Below, one piece after another: positions 8,236-18,185 of a DNA stretch of 64,000 bases; positions within the stretch are counted from its first letter, which is position 1, and every line of letters begins with the position of its first letter. Source of the stretch: a phage; assembly GCA_020773975.1 (NCBI GenBank), contig GCA_020773975.1_3638.1, one strand, 5' to 3'. Made by a program: the position numbers and the translations under genes. Under the pieces are notes generated by a model. That model did not search any database, was not told the origin of the DNA, and was given only the letters and a program-made list of their open reading frames with translations.

Positions 8236-10118
8236 CCTGCCACAACATTGTTGGGAACTAGTTGGCGGTATTGTACCCACCCACGTAGATTTCCTGACCA
8301 CATATTTCCTTTTCTATCCATATGCGTCACACCGTCACTTGCCTGTCCATCCCACCACAATGAAGCCTCATTCTCCAACATAGGTGTTGCAACATGCTCA
8401 AAAGGAGATGCGTGTACCTTATCACCACTTGTTAGCTTTTTATAGATATCAAGGGCTTTATCCTTAGTGTTGTTAAGCACGCGATAAGATACTTGTGCAC
8501 AACAAGACACAGAAATAGCAATTGCCTCATCAACACGTAGCATCACAGGCTCGTTGTTTTCGTCTAAAACACAATACCCATGAAATTCTCCAACACCATC
8601 ATCAACATCAATTGTGTAGAGGTGCTCTACATATGGGGTGTGCCACTGACCAGGTTCTAATGGCTCAGGTACAGACTCATCCACAGCTTGTTTCATGAGA
8701 GATGCTAGTTTATGGATCGTCGGGTCTGCATCTCCATCTGCACGAAGATGGAAAAAATTATTCCAATCCGTAGCAGTAACAACAGTTTTCATCCTCTGGA
8801 ACGGTTCCAGTAAGCGATTTGCCACCTGCTTGTGGTATCCAGCTTGTGAGTATGCTTCGGCAAAACGTGATGCACTTAAAGCCGCCAATTTCCACCAATC
8901 CTCTGGGGAATATCCAGCATCTATTTCAGCATTGTGATTGCCATCATCTTGCATACCAGGTTTATTCTTACCAAATTGAACAGGCATGGCAGGATTTTTT
9001 CGTACTTGCTCAATCATCTTAGAGATTGGAATTGCTCTGCTGCTCATAGCATTCCTGCTAAACAGTCTATGCGTCATAAGTTCACAGTTCCCACTGATAA
9101 ATACGACACCTTCCCTTCGAACAACCACGTAGGAGGTGTCTACACTTACACAATACACCTTCCCTACATAGTCTTGGTACTCGAAGATATCTTTATCCTT
9201 CCTTAAACTGATGTAGTTCGTAACCTTAAATGAGCATTTATACAGAGAGCCATACTTACGAATATTCACAGAGTCACCATTCAGGTGAGCTAACACCTGA
9301 ATTTGGTTAATCAGTGTTTTGGATGTGGTGTTATACTCCATGTTGTCAATATTGCCGTCTGAGAGTAGCAATGCTCTCTTAAATAAGCGGTACTGCTCAA
9401 TATTTAACCCTCTGATATATTCTGGTAATTTCTTCTCCCCTTCTTCAGTGTAACATGCTTCTGTTAATGGGTTTTTATTAAAACGGATAACTATATCGTC
9501 CCCATATGTAGAGGTGCTATATTCGTATCCACACTCTTCAAGGATACGTGTAACTTCCTGTGCCTTCCGGGGCTTTTTAAAGTGGAAGTTTACCTTATCC
9601 CCCTTTTCTGGAGTATGTCCATCAGCAGCAAACCAAACACAAAATTCAATCTCTGCATCAGAAAGGTCACACTTTACATCCATTACTCCAGATTGCTCAA
9701 TACGTAATGTCCCGTAGTCTTTTACAAGTTCCTCGGCAAGAATCGTCTTACTCACAAATTTACCCCCAGTAGTCCTTTTTTTCGTGAGGACTCGATGCTT
9801 GTCTGTAACAAGCATGGGGAACTTCTTCTTGTTCAGAGATACCATCCGATGATGGCCTTCGTTCTCTATGTGTGCTGAGGGGGTTACAAAGCTAATAGTC
9901 CCTGTTGTATCATCATACTGTGCTACCTTGGCATTGAGTGCAAATACTTCCTTGAAAGACCTGAACTCTGGTAATTCAGAGTTAATCTGACTGAGTATCT
10001 CTGTCTTCTCGTCAAAGCAGTGAATAATGCGGGGGTATTCCAGCTCAAAAGTGGTAATTCTGATACCTTGTGGGGAAATACTGTCAGCTACGATACGCAC
10101 AGAAATCTGATTATTCAT
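8232..10118 (-). CDS. ThyX-like (flavin-dependent thymidylate synthase family) protein containing an intein
   Basis: Extein sequence TTFELEYPRIIH / CELMTHRLFSRNAMSSR resembles the ThyX core (RHR-type motif, here THR) and FHLRADGDA resembles the ThyX LRAD motif. Family assignment is from memory of motifs. Confidence 0.45.
   Translation of the reverse strand: MNNQISVRIVADSISPQGIRITTFELEYPRIIHCFDEKTEILSQINSELPEFRSFKEVFALNAKVAQYDDTTGTISFVTPSAHIENEGHHRMVSLNKKKFPMLVTDKHRVLTKKRTTGGKFVSKTILAEELVKDYGTLRIEQSGVMDVKCDLSDAEIEFCVWFAADGHTPEKGDKVNFHFKKPRKAQEVTRILEECGYEYSTSTYGDDIVIRFNKNPLTEACYTEEGEKKLPEYIRGLNIEQYRLFKRALLLSDGNIDNMEYNTTSKTLINQIQVLAHLNGDSVNIRKYGSLYKCSFKVTNYISLRKDKDIFEYQDYVGKVYCVSVDTSYVVVRREGVVFISGNCELMTHRLFSRNAMSSRAIPISKMIEQVRKNPAMPVQFGKNKPGMQDDGNHNAEIDAGYSPEDWWKLAALSASRFAEAYSQAGYHKQVANRLLEPFQRMKTVVTATDWNNFFHLRADGDADPTIHKLASLMKQAVDESVPEPLEPGQWHTPYVEHLYTIDVDDGVGEFHGYCVLDENNEPVMLRVDEAIAISVSCCAQVSYRVLNNTKDKALDIYKKLTSGDKVHASPFEHVATPMLENEASLWWDGQASDGVTHMDRKGNMWSGNLRGWVQYRQLVPNNVVAG
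9087..10019 (-). mobile_element. Intein in ThyX-like gene (~311 aa, endonuclease-like domain)
   Basis: Begins CFDEKTEIL, ends ...VVFISGN followed by +1 Cys; degenerate LAGLIDADG-like segments (FCVWFAADGH, LLLSDGNID). Confidence 0.55.
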
Positions 10119-10438
10119 TATAAAGCCCCTTCCAGTTTCTTTAGAAAGTCATCTTTAAAACTATCTACCAGTTTCATATATTCTTCTGCAATCATATCCT
10201 CAATAATCCCACGGCGTTCAGAATATTTTTTATCGAAGGAGATCATTTCTTCGATTTCTTCTGCGGTGAAGATTTTTAAGTGCATATCGTTAATAATTTT
10301 AGTAACAAATTCCTCTGTGATACCCAGATCTTCAATTGTGATCCCTGTTCCTTCAAGGCCAAGGATAGGGATGATTTTCCCTGCACGAGCAATCATTTCA
10401 TTCTTAAGGTATTCAAAAGATTCTTTTTTCAACATCAT
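10118..10438 (-). CDS. Hypothetical protein
   Basis: ORF only. Confidence 0.35.
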   Translation of the reverse strand: MMLKKESFEYLKNEMIARAGKIIPILGLEGTGITIEDLGITEEFVTKIINDMHLKIFTAEEIEEMISFDKKYSERRGIIEDMIAEEYMKLVDSFKDDFLKKLEGAL

Positions 10439-10632
10439 CTTCCTCTCTTTTTTATCTTAAACTTTGTTTGCGGATCCATACCCGCTTTAAAAACAAGATA
10501 TCTTGTAAGAATATCATTACACATATCACTGGTAGCTTTAAAAGAGATTAAGAAGTCCTCATCCTCTGTGAAAACTTCCACCCAATCCCCATATTTTACT
10601 ACAAAATCACCTTTTGTGCATCGTCTAATCAT
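10435..10632 (-). CDS. Hypothetical small protein
   Basis: ORF only; translationally coupled to neighbours. Confidence 0.3.
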   Translation of the reverse strand: MIRRCTKGDFVVKYGDWVEVFTEDEDFLISFKATSDMCNDILTRYLVFKAGMDPQTKFKIKKRGR

Positions 10633-11234
10633 GCTATGTCTAAAACAAAATCACGTATTGTATACCAATCATCTGTTTCAAGGTCTAGGGATGTTTTTAA
10701 TTCTTCAGACTGATCATAAGGTGTTTTAAATTTAATTTTAATAACCTCTGGACCAAACTGATTAAGGAACTCATTCCTATCATCAATAATAACATCAACA
10801 TCTACCCCAGCTTTATGCTTTGTTGCATAGAAAGCATGACCGGAACCAAGCTCTAAGCTGAAAAACTCTTCTGTTTCTCTTTTTAGAAAGCGCACTTTAG
10901 ATGAAAAATGACCTTTCATACAATAAGAAACAAAATGATTAAAATGACCAGCTTTAGCCCATGCAGCCACTGCTTCAACTGCACCGGGGAGAGGCTTCAA
11001 CTTATCGTAAAGATAGGGATCCTCCCAAAACTCATAAGGACTAAGCTGATGCACCTTCGCAGGTGGGAAATACTTAGAAACATTGTAATACAGCATACCT
11101 TGCTGGTTTGGTGGTGGTAATGATAAATCCATTTTAACACCATAAACCTTTTCCAACCACTCAATCCAAGGTGTCCCAGAATCAACAAATGTCAAATCCA
11201 CATCAATTCCGATCTTAAGCGTATTCACCTTCAA
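10629..11234 (-). CDS. HAD-superfamily 5'(3')-deoxyribonucleotidase-like protein
   Basis: N-terminal DxD-type motif (GIDVDLTF) typical of HAD phosphatases and nucleotidases. Confidence 0.45.
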   Translation of the reverse strand: MKVNTLKIGIDVDLTFVDSGTPWIEWLEKVYGVKMDLSLPPPNQQGMLYYNVSKYFPPAKVHQLSPYEFWEDPYLYDKLKPLPGAVEAVAAWAKAGHFNHFVSYCMKGHFSSKVRFLKRETEEFFSLELGSGHAFYATKHKAGVDVDVIIDDRNEFLNQFGPEVIKIKFKTPYDQSEELKTSLDLETDDWYTIRDFVLDIA

Positions 11235-11844
11235 ACACTCCCCCTGCTGCCAAAATGTTTTCTAAAACTTTAGCCTTATCCATACAATATTTGTGGATCC
11301 TTTCTTCCACGCAGATAGCATCCTCACTGTCCAAATCCATTTTGATCTTCTCTACTTGGCCTTTCAACCAAGCATGGTGTGCTTCCAGTTCTGTTTCAAA
11401 CGTACCTATGTGCTTAGGATAAGGTTTTGCTAAGACAACCGCTCGCCACTTTTCTTTATTTCTTACTTTAACTGTCCCTATGAGGCCACCACTCTTTGTT
11501 CTTGCTCGTATTGGAAAGTTCACAGCCAACCACTTTGGAACAAAAACCGCGTTTTCAGGATTAAAAATGGTTGTGCCTACCTCCAGGCTAATGTATCTTC
11601 CTGGGTATCCATATTCAAGGAAATATTTTTCAAAATTGCTAAATGTTAACCATTCATCGCAAACTGATTGGTTGGATTCTTCCTCTTGTCCATACACATG
11701 TTCGATAAGATATTTCCAAGCTGCATACGCTCCACGGGACTTACCTTTTAAAGCCTCTTGATCTGAATCGTCCACAGCAATACCGTACAATAAAATACCT
11801 TTCTTATTCATTGTGAAAGCTCCGCAGCGGTAAACACGAACCAC
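11215..11844 (-). CDS. AP2-domain DNA-binding protein (freestanding homing-endonuclease-like)
   Basis: GTVKVRNKEKWRAVV...IGTFETELEAHHAW matches the AP2/ERF-like fold common in phage homing endonucleases; no clear HNH motif. Confidence 0.4.
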   Translation of the reverse strand: MVRVYRCGAFTMNKKGILLYGIAVDDSDQEALKGKSRGAYAAWKYLIEHVYGQEEESNQSVCDEWLTFSNFEKYFLEYGYPGRYISLEVGTTIFNPENAVFVPKWLAVNFPIRARTKSGGLIGTVKVRNKEKWRAVVLAKPYPKHIGTFETELEAHHAWLKGQVEKIKMDLDSEDAICVEERIHKYCMDKAKVLENILAAGGVFEGEYA

Positions 11845-12410
11845 TTATGGATTGACTTGGCACAGTCTTCCATTTTACCATCAATATTCTCGAAATCTCT
11901 TTCGTACCCTCGGATCCCATCTAAATAGAGCCAATTACGACTATCATTTCCCCAGTCACAACCTTCTCTGTGAATACGTGCCAAGAAGAATTTACCACCA
12001 GTTTCATAAGCATAGTTGGAAAGCTCAAGGATCTCTTCCTTAAAACCACCATCTGAAAAAACAACCAACCATGCCTCTTGATGGTTTTTCTTTAAATTCT
12101 CTACAGCAGCTTTGCCAAAAGCATTCTGTCCGAAAATTGGTTTAATCACATTCTCTGAACAATGGATCATCCATTCTCGTGGGGAGACATGTTCTCCATC
12201 AATTTGCAGGTAAGGACAAGGTTTTTCTTTGTATCTACGGTCATAAAGACTGTTCCACAAATCTTTTGAGACTCCAGCAGATCTGATAGCAACTTCAAAA
12301 AGGAGTTTCTTCACTTCTTCATGAAACACACCAGAGATGTTCTCACTCAAATAAGAACAAATAGCGTCTTTTCCAGCACCTGCTGGTGCATTTAAAACAA
12401 GAATATGCAT
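11808..12410 (-). CDS. P-loop nucleotide kinase (dNMP kinase-like)
   Basis: Walker A-like NAPAGAGKD near the N-terminus; ~200 aa. Confidence 0.45.
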   Translation of the reverse strand: MHILVLNAPAGAGKDAICSYLSENISGVFHEEVKKLLFEVAIRSAGVSKDLWNSLYDRRYKEKPCPYLQIDGEHVSPREWMIHCSENVIKPIFGQNAFGKAAVENLKKNHQEAWLVVFSDGGFKEEILELSNYAYETGGKFFLARIHREGCDWGNDSRNWLYLDGIRGYERDFENIDGKMEDCAKSIHKWFVFTAAELSQ

Positions 12411-12424
12411 TCAATCTCCCACAA

Positions 12425-13399
12425 TCAGATGATATTAACAAGAGTATTAGCCATCTCTTCTTTGGTACGGATATTACGTCTATCACGCATAACAGATCCA
12501 CAACATTCGCAACGGTAAGCCTGGAATTTTGATAGATATGTTGTCCCTACCTTACCATCCATAACTGACAAATTATCAGAATTACATCTTACGCAACGAA
12601 GTTCAACACTATCATCCGGCTCATTAAAAAGTGTAACGTTAGGGTGTTTTTTCATAAAAGGTCTTACTTTAAGGTAAATACCTTCCAGTGTCGGAATATC
12701 ACCAATGTTATAATATTCCATTTCCTCAAACGCCTTAACATCTCCGTGGCAGCATCGTTTCCACAAAGAGATCCCTTCGTGGTGTCTTTTACGAGCCTCT
12801 AGTTGAAAGTAGTTACACGCAGCTTCTAAAGAGTTAGAAGGTAACGAAAAAGCATTCTTTAACTCTGCAAGAGTATCAATAACAATATATGGTGATGGGG
12901 GGTTCATACCATGAAAAGCAAATCTTTGGTTTGCCCATCCTTTATCAAATTTAGCATTGTGTGCAATGAAAATATCACACTCATCCAAAATGTGCCACAA
13001 ATCTTCCACAAGCTCTCTGTCATCATGGATATCTGTTTTAAATGTTTCGTAGTCAGGCAATTTACGACTTAATATTGCTGGGTTGTCTAACCACTTCCCT
13101 GCCCATGTCAACATATATGGTTCGCTCTCTACGTGAGACGGAGAGATGTTTTCTTTAATTCTTCTAAATACCCAAGCCAACGTTGGTGCTACTTCCACAT
13201 CACCCAGAAAAATCTTTGCCCCTGGCTTTTTAGTGAGGGTCTCCACAATCTGTTTTGATGCCTCTGTATTCTGAGCGTGAGCTTTAAGAACTAACCTGAT
13301 ATGTGACTCTTTACTTTCTTTTCCCAGATACCGACGAGCTATTTCTCTGTTGCTCAAACCTTTAGACTTTAACTCTAGAATTTCTTCTGCACTAAGCAT
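12425..13399 (-). CDS. DEDD-type 3'-5' exonuclease
   Basis: DnaQ-like Exo motifs (DECDIFIAHNAKFD, YH...D). Confidence 0.5.
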   Translation of the reverse strand: MLSAEEILELKSKGLSNREIARRYLGKESKESHIRLVLKAHAQNTEASKQIVETLTKKPGAKIFLGDVEVAPTLAWVFRRIKENISPSHVESEPYMLTWAGKWLDNPAILSRKLPDYETFKTDIHDDRELVEDLWHILDECDIFIAHNAKFDKGWANQRFAFHGMNPPSPYIVIDTLAELKNAFSLPSNSLEAACNYFQLEARKRHHEGISLWKRCCHGDVKAFEEMEYYNIGDIPTLEGIYLKVRPFMKKHPNVTLFNEPDDSVELRCVRCNSDNLSVMDGKVGTTYLSKFQAYRCECCGSVMRDRRNIRTKEEMANTLVNII

Positions 13400-13611
13400 T
13401 ACACCTCTCTAACAAACTCGATGATATCGTTAACAGCAAAATCACGGACATCACCCTTGTCGATATCGTATGCCCTCATTAGCCATTGAGGTTTTTTGTG
13501 ATAAGGGGTCGTTCCAAACCACATTTTTGGGTCTAAAACATTTCTGTAGCCACACTTACCTTTCCAGTTTTTATAATAAAAACGTAGAGGGTTATTCAAA
13601 TCTCCAGCCAA
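13399..13611 (-). CDS. Hypothetical small protein
   Basis: ORF only. Confidence 0.3.
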   Translation of the reverse strand: MAGDLNNPLRFYYKNWKGKCGYRNVLDPKMWFGTTPYHKKPQWLMRAYDIDKGDVRDFAVNDIIEFVREV

Positions 13612-13891
13612 AATTCTCCTCCGTCTGCCTCACAAATTCCTTCAAATACAAGATAATACTATCCTGTTTCTTAGTTGTTGAAGGAATGTCTAATCCAAGG
13701 TCTTGTTTTGCTCTTTCGATGATCTTTTCATTAGAGCATCTTCTTAAGAACTTTAGCATGTCATCCTTATATGAGGGATGTAAAGGGTAACTGCTAAAAT
13801 CCCTCTCAAGATAATCTGCAAGGTTTCTTAATGCTGTAGACAAAGATGTTTCTGTGTGAAGTGACACATACTTCATCCAAGCCTTCAACAC
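13592..13891 (-). CDS. Hypothetical protein
   Basis: ORF only. Confidence 0.3.
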   Translation of the reverse strand: MLKAWMKYVSLHTETSLSTALRNLADYLERDFSSYPLHPSYKDDMLKFLRRCSNEKIIERAKQDLGLDIPSTTKKQDSIILYLKEFVRQTEENFGWRFE

Positions 13892-14115
13892 GTACCCTTC
13901 GAAAGTGTTAACACACTGACTAAGGACTCCACGGCATTTCCCTTCAAAATGGTCATGATCAAGACAAGGGTTGCGAAGTGGCTCACCTAAAACAGGATCA
14001 AGACCATTCTGGTCTAAGATTAGATATTCTCTAAACTCAGCTATTTGCTTAGGATTTTTTAACCAGAGACTATTGTTGAGAGGGACGCTTACTGCTTTCT
14101 TCCTTGGTTTACGTT

Positions 14116-14745
14116 TTACTTTCTGTTGTTTTTGTCTCTTTCTTGGGATAATTCCTCCAAGAATTTTTTACCTATTAAGTAAGCATCAGCATAATCTGAT
14201 TTACCAGCAGCCAATGTAATACCATCTAACCAACCAGGACAAACACAATCAACAGCCCGTATCATGTGTGATTTTTCCATCTTTACTTTACGAGATGAGT
14301 ATACCTTTTTCCCAGTCTTTTTGTCAAGTCTTTCTTTAACTATTTCTCTATCTTTTTCTGGGAGTAAGTTTCTGGCAAAAGACTTTAGAGAAGTTGGTGG
14401 TATTTTATGTATATTATCAAGCCACTCAGGTGATTTATCACATAAGGCATAGACAATGCAATGGAACAAACCTGCCAAATCACGCGTCGCATTCCCTACA
14501 GATCCGAAACTCAAATCCTCCATCACATACTTATCTATCTTGTACTTATCAACTAATTCCAAGATCTTTTGAACTATGTGTCTGATTTGTTCGTAGACTG
14601 TATCGTAATAAACGACATCTTTATTTTTCTTAGACCTGCTGGAGTTAGATCCTGTTCTAATCATCTCTCTATATATGGGAACACCATGCTCCCATATAAC
14701 AACAGCGCAGTGGGAGATTGACTGGTCAACCGACATCAGTCGCAT
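14116..14745 (-). CDS. Putative RuvC-like Holliday-junction resolvase/nuclease
   Basis: N-terminal MRLMSVDQSISHCAVVIW resembles the RuvC/A22 resolvase first strand with catalytic Asp; weak. Confidence 0.3.
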   Translation of the reverse strand: MRLMSVDQSISHCAVVIWEHGVPIYREMIRTGSNSSRSKKNKDVVYYDTVYEQIRHIVQKILELVDKYKIDKYVMEDLSFGSVGNATRDLAGLFHCIVYALCDKSPEWLDNIHKIPPTSLKSFARNLLPEKDREIVKERLDKKTGKKVYSSRKVKMEKSHMIRAVDCVCPGWLDGITLAAGKSDYADAYLIGKKFLEELSQERDKNNRK

Positions 14746-15055
14746 CTAAACCCCCGCCAAAATCTTCAACAGCCTGATCTTTAAATAAAACTAAACCACA
14801 TTCTAAATCACCATGCAACACACTTGTCAGAAGAACTAGTCTTTCTCCTTCTACCAACTCACAATCTTCTAAAATCTGTGCAGCAAATATTTTATCCTTG
14901 TTTATAAAATCATCCTTAAAAAGGATATGATCACCATTCTCATCTTCTACTAATTTCCACTGCCCTGTACCAACCAAGAACTTCGGTTTCAAAGACGATA
15001 CAGAAAGTGCTTGGGAGTCCCTCATCACAGCTTCTATAATCATCACATCTATCAT
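14726..15055 (-). CDS. Hypothetical protein
   Basis: ORF only. Confidence 0.3.
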   Translation of the reverse strand: MIDVMIIEAVMRDSQALSVSSLKPKFLVGTGQWKLVEDENGDHILFKDDFINKDKIFAAQILEDCELVEGERLVLLTSVLHGDLECGLVLFKDQAVEDFGGGLDATDVG

Positions 15056-16185
15056 AGTACCCCTACCCTTTTCAATTCTGTTGCTAGTGTTGTTTTATCA
15101 TTGGGGTGTCTTTTCATGTAAACCATCTGGAAAATTACAGATGCCCATTGACCAGCACTCATCTTTTTAAGGCTTCCATCCCAAGATGTAAATTCAACCC
15201 CGTTTGGAAACCATGCCTTATACTGGTCAACAATTGCTTCCCACATCTCTTTTTCTGTTCCAAGATGCCCGATCAAATTGAAAGCCGCAGTATCCCCAAA
15301 TCTTCCGTTTATATCAAAGCACTGGTATGGTTTAATATTGTCAGAAATATCACCACAAAGCATCTGATAACCGAAGAACTTTTTGCCCCAGCCTTTAACC
15401 TTATTACCTTCCATCCATATTTCACCCATTGAGTCATCAATCAGCATTGGGGTTGGATGTTTCCACTGCTTCTCTCCGTTATCGCGCATCGTATCAAATA
15501 GCAGACCTGGTGTTCCTTTCTGATCCTTATCGAAGGATGCTATCAGGAAATTAAACTTACCTGTCTTCTTATAATTTTCCCACCCTGTGTACATTAGTAC
15601 GGATAAGTAATCATCTGCTTCAACACCATTGATGACTTTTGCATTGTACTTCTTCTTAACGTAATCTCGCGTTTCCTGTAAAAGCAACGGCCTGAGTAGA
15701 TCTTCCCTATTACCTTTATATCTCTCTGGGGCAGGAAGCATAAGACGGAAATTATTCTCGCCACCAAGAACACTAACACCTTGCTTGCTACTAATTTCAA
15801 GATGATCAAAAATAGCATTGATCTTCATTTTGAGAAGATGAAGGCAATTCTCAACAGGCTCCGGTGTTTGGATATCCTCAACAAGGAAGTCTTCCCTCGT
15901 CCAAGGTGTAAATGATTTTCCTGCGGCCTTTGCTTTCATTTCCATATTGGCATTTTGGTCTTTTAGCCAACCGCCTACAACTTTTTTGGTTGATCCCCAA
16001 AACTCTGTGCGATTACGAAACTCTTTAGATTTCCCAGATTTAATATGCGTCGCTCGGATGGTTCTTTTTTCAGAACCAGCAGCCGATACGTAACATGTTT
16101 GATCTAAATCTAAGACAATTACACAATCATTTGTGATTTTATCTTTCCAGTTTTTATCGTATGGATACCCCACAACACCTCTCAA
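15052..16185 (-). CDS. RNase H / 5'-3' exonuclease (FEN-like)
   Basis: VEADDYLSVLM and IASFDKDQ resemble the T4 RNase H/FEN catalytic motifs. Confidence 0.5.
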   Translation of the reverse strand: MRGVVGYPYDKNWKDKITNDCVIVLDLDQTCYVSAAGSEKRTIRATHIKSGKSKEFRNRTEFWGSTKKVVGGWLKDQNANMEMKAKAAGKSFTPWTREDFLVEDIQTPEPVENCLHLLKMKINAIFDHLEISSKQGVSVLGGENNFRLMLPAPERYKGNREDLLRPLLLQETRDYVKKKYNAKVINGVEADDYLSVLMYTGWENYKKTGKFNFLIASFDKDQKGTPGLLFDTMRDNGEKQWKHPTPMLIDDSMGEIWMEGNKVKGWGKKFFGYQMLCGDISDNIKPYQCFDINGRFGDTAAFNLIGHLGTEKEMWEAIVDQYKAWFPNGVEFTSWDGSLKKMSAGQWASVIFQMVYMKRHPNDKTTLATELKRVGVL

Positions 16186-16619
16186 GTATTACCTAAATAA
16201 TCTTTCAAATAGCTAACGTCAAGTTCCCATTCCTGACGCTTACTTCTCTCACGATACAGAGCAAACGCCTCTTCAACATATTTTTCGGCTACATGTTGAG
16301 GGATGTTGTTAACTTTCATGAAATGCTTCAAAGCTATATGCCCTCTACCTCGTAAACTAGCCAAACCAATATGTTTAACTTCGTGACACGATGGGCATAG
16401 TGCAATAAGACCTTTCAGGGTGATCTTACCATCTTCAAAATCCCATACCTCGTGGCATTCAACAGGGTGTTTATGTCCTTTGCCACCGCAGATTTCACAT
16501 TTATAACCTGCTTCTGCATAACATTTCTTTCTTACCTTGTCCCATTCTGATTTTGATAAGTAAGAACGTAAATTGTTGAACCATGCCGTTTTAGGTACTA
16601 GTTCAATAGTTAATCTCAT
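16182..16619 (-). CDS. HNH-type zinc-finger nuclease-like protein
   Basis: Cys/His-rich (CEICGGKGHKHPVECHEVWD...CPSCHEVKH). Confidence 0.4.
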   Translation of the reverse strand: MRLTIELVPKTAWFNNLRSYLSKSEWDKVRKKCYAEAGYKCEICGGKGHKHPVECHEVWDFEDGKITLKGLIALCPSCHEVKHIGLASLRGRGHIALKHFMKVNNIPQHVAEKYVEEAFALYRERSKRQEWELDVSYLKDYLGNT

Positions 16620-16817
16620 TCCGATTTCTCCCGAAGTACATATGCAAAATTCTCATCCAACTGGGCATTGGTAAAAGAGACAGCAGAGAACATATCATTA
16701 GTGCCTTCAAATCATAATCTTGACAAACAAGCCATCCAATGCTTACCAAACATAAAGACAGGATAAAACTTAACAACACTATTAACATATTTTTCATAAC
16801 AATCTATGTTCTATGTT

Positions 16818-17015
16818 TTAATGAAATATTCTTTTTGATGGGCAGCTTCCAGCACCTTCTTTAACCACTGTTTCTGTCCTATGCCCATCGCTATAAATAC
16901 AGACTTTGGAATCACCATCACGATATTCTGCCTCAAGGCTCAAGGTGTTTGTGGTAGAAATTGCTAGAGGACTAAACAGAAGTGAGGACAGGAGGATAAT
17001 GTTTTTAAATTTCAT
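16818..17015 (-). CDS. Small secreted/exported protein
   Basis: N-terminal signal-peptide-like segment (MKFKNIILLSSLLFSPLA). Confidence 0.3.
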   Translation of the reverse strand: MKFKNIILLSSLLFSPLAISTTNTLSLEAEYRDGDSKVCIYSDGHRTETVVKEGAGSCPSKRIFH

Positions 17016-17066
17016 TTTTACCACCTTTGAAAAAGCCCGATGAAAGCTCATCGGGCATACGGTATA

Positions 17067-17957
17067 TTATTTACCTGTAGGTAATGTTACAAACGGGGCT
17101 TGTGCTCCACTAGTCATATACACAGGTGTTACACCATTCCATTTATTAATGGCTTCAAGCTGCATAATCTCTGGATTTTTACGCAGGGCAGCACCACGTA
17201 GTTCAATAGACTCTGCATCACCTTTGGCAATCAAGATTTTAGCATCTGCTTCGCCTTGTGCCTGTAGGCGTTTAGACTCAGCCTCACCACGAGCAGCCTC
17301 GATACGTTTCTGAGCTTCAGCTTTCACTTGCTGAATTTCGTTTTCACGAAGCAGTGCTTTTTGTGTTGCTTCGATCTTAGCATTGATGGAAGCCGTTACC
17401 TGTGGAGGATACACCAGATCGTCAGTATAAGACAGCTTCACAAGCACAATACCAACAGGATCAAGTTTTTGTTTCAGATGCTTGGTTACACGCTCAAGCA
17501 GTTGTGTTTTTCCATCACCAGCCAGTGTACCGATATCCATTGAACCAGCTTCTTTGATCAAAGCATCAGAGATATTCTGGCGAATGTTTACCTCTGTAAT
17601 TTCTTGCACACCTTTACGGTACGTCTGGAAAATAGTCGTTACTTTAGAACGATCAACATAATACTCAACACCAATTTTCGCAGAAACTGTCATAGAGTCT
17701 TTTGTCTGGAAATTGAATAGTTGGTCATAGTTATGCAACTGGTTAAAAGTCGGGAACTGATAAATCTCTTCGTTCCAAGTCAGCCAGTACTTACCTACCC
17801 CAACCTCTTGTTGCTGGACACCTTTTTCATCACCGTACAGATCAACTTTAACGCCAACGTAACCTGCTGGAACGGTTGCACGCTCACAACCTGTGAGACC
17901 AATTGCAGAGACTGCAAGAATACCTGCAAAAATAACTCGTTTAATAGATTTAAACAT
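17067..17957 (-). CDS. SPFH/band-7 (stomatin/prohibitin/HflKC-like) lipoprotein
   Basis: Lipobox LTGC, band-7 core and coiled-coil AEAQKRIEAARGEAESKR tail. Confidence 0.55.
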   Translation of the reverse strand: MFKSIKRVIFAGILAVSAIGLTGCERATVPAGYVGVKVDLYGDEKGVQQQEVGVGKYWLTWNEEIYQFPTFNQLHNYDQLFNFQTKDSMTVSAKIGVEYYVDRSKVTTIFQTYRKGVQEITEVNIRQNISDALIKEAGSMDIGTLAGDGKTQLLERVTKHLKQKLDPVGIVLVKLSYTDDLVYPPQVTASINAKIEATQKALLRENEIQQVKAEAQKRIEAARGEAESKRLQAQGEADAKILIAKGDAESIELRGAALRKNPEIMQLEAINKWNGVTPVYMTSGAQAPFVTLPTGK

Positions 17958-17970
17958 TAAACCAATCTCC

Positions 17971-18183
17971 TTACTTTTTACGTTTTCCAGTTTTCTTCTT
18001 AGAAGACTTGCCTAAGAAGACCTTACGCCCCCATACAAAAACAATCATCGGAGACACAAACAACATTGCAAAACCACACATTACCATCAGTGTGTCTTTT
18101 GCAGAAAGCATTGTTGGTACTACAAATCCAATGATGACACAGATAAAAACAAGAATACCAACGCAATTTAAATACGTCTTCAC
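17971..18183 (-). CDS. Small membrane protein (possible NfeD-like partner of the SPFH protein)
   Basis: Two hydrophobic helices plus a basic tail; adjacent to the SPFH gene. Confidence 0.35.
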   Translation of the reverse strand: MKTYLNCVGILVFICVIIGFVVPTMLSAKDTLMVMCGFAMLFVSPMIVFVWGRKVFLGKSSKKKTGKRKK

Positions 18184-18185
18184 AA

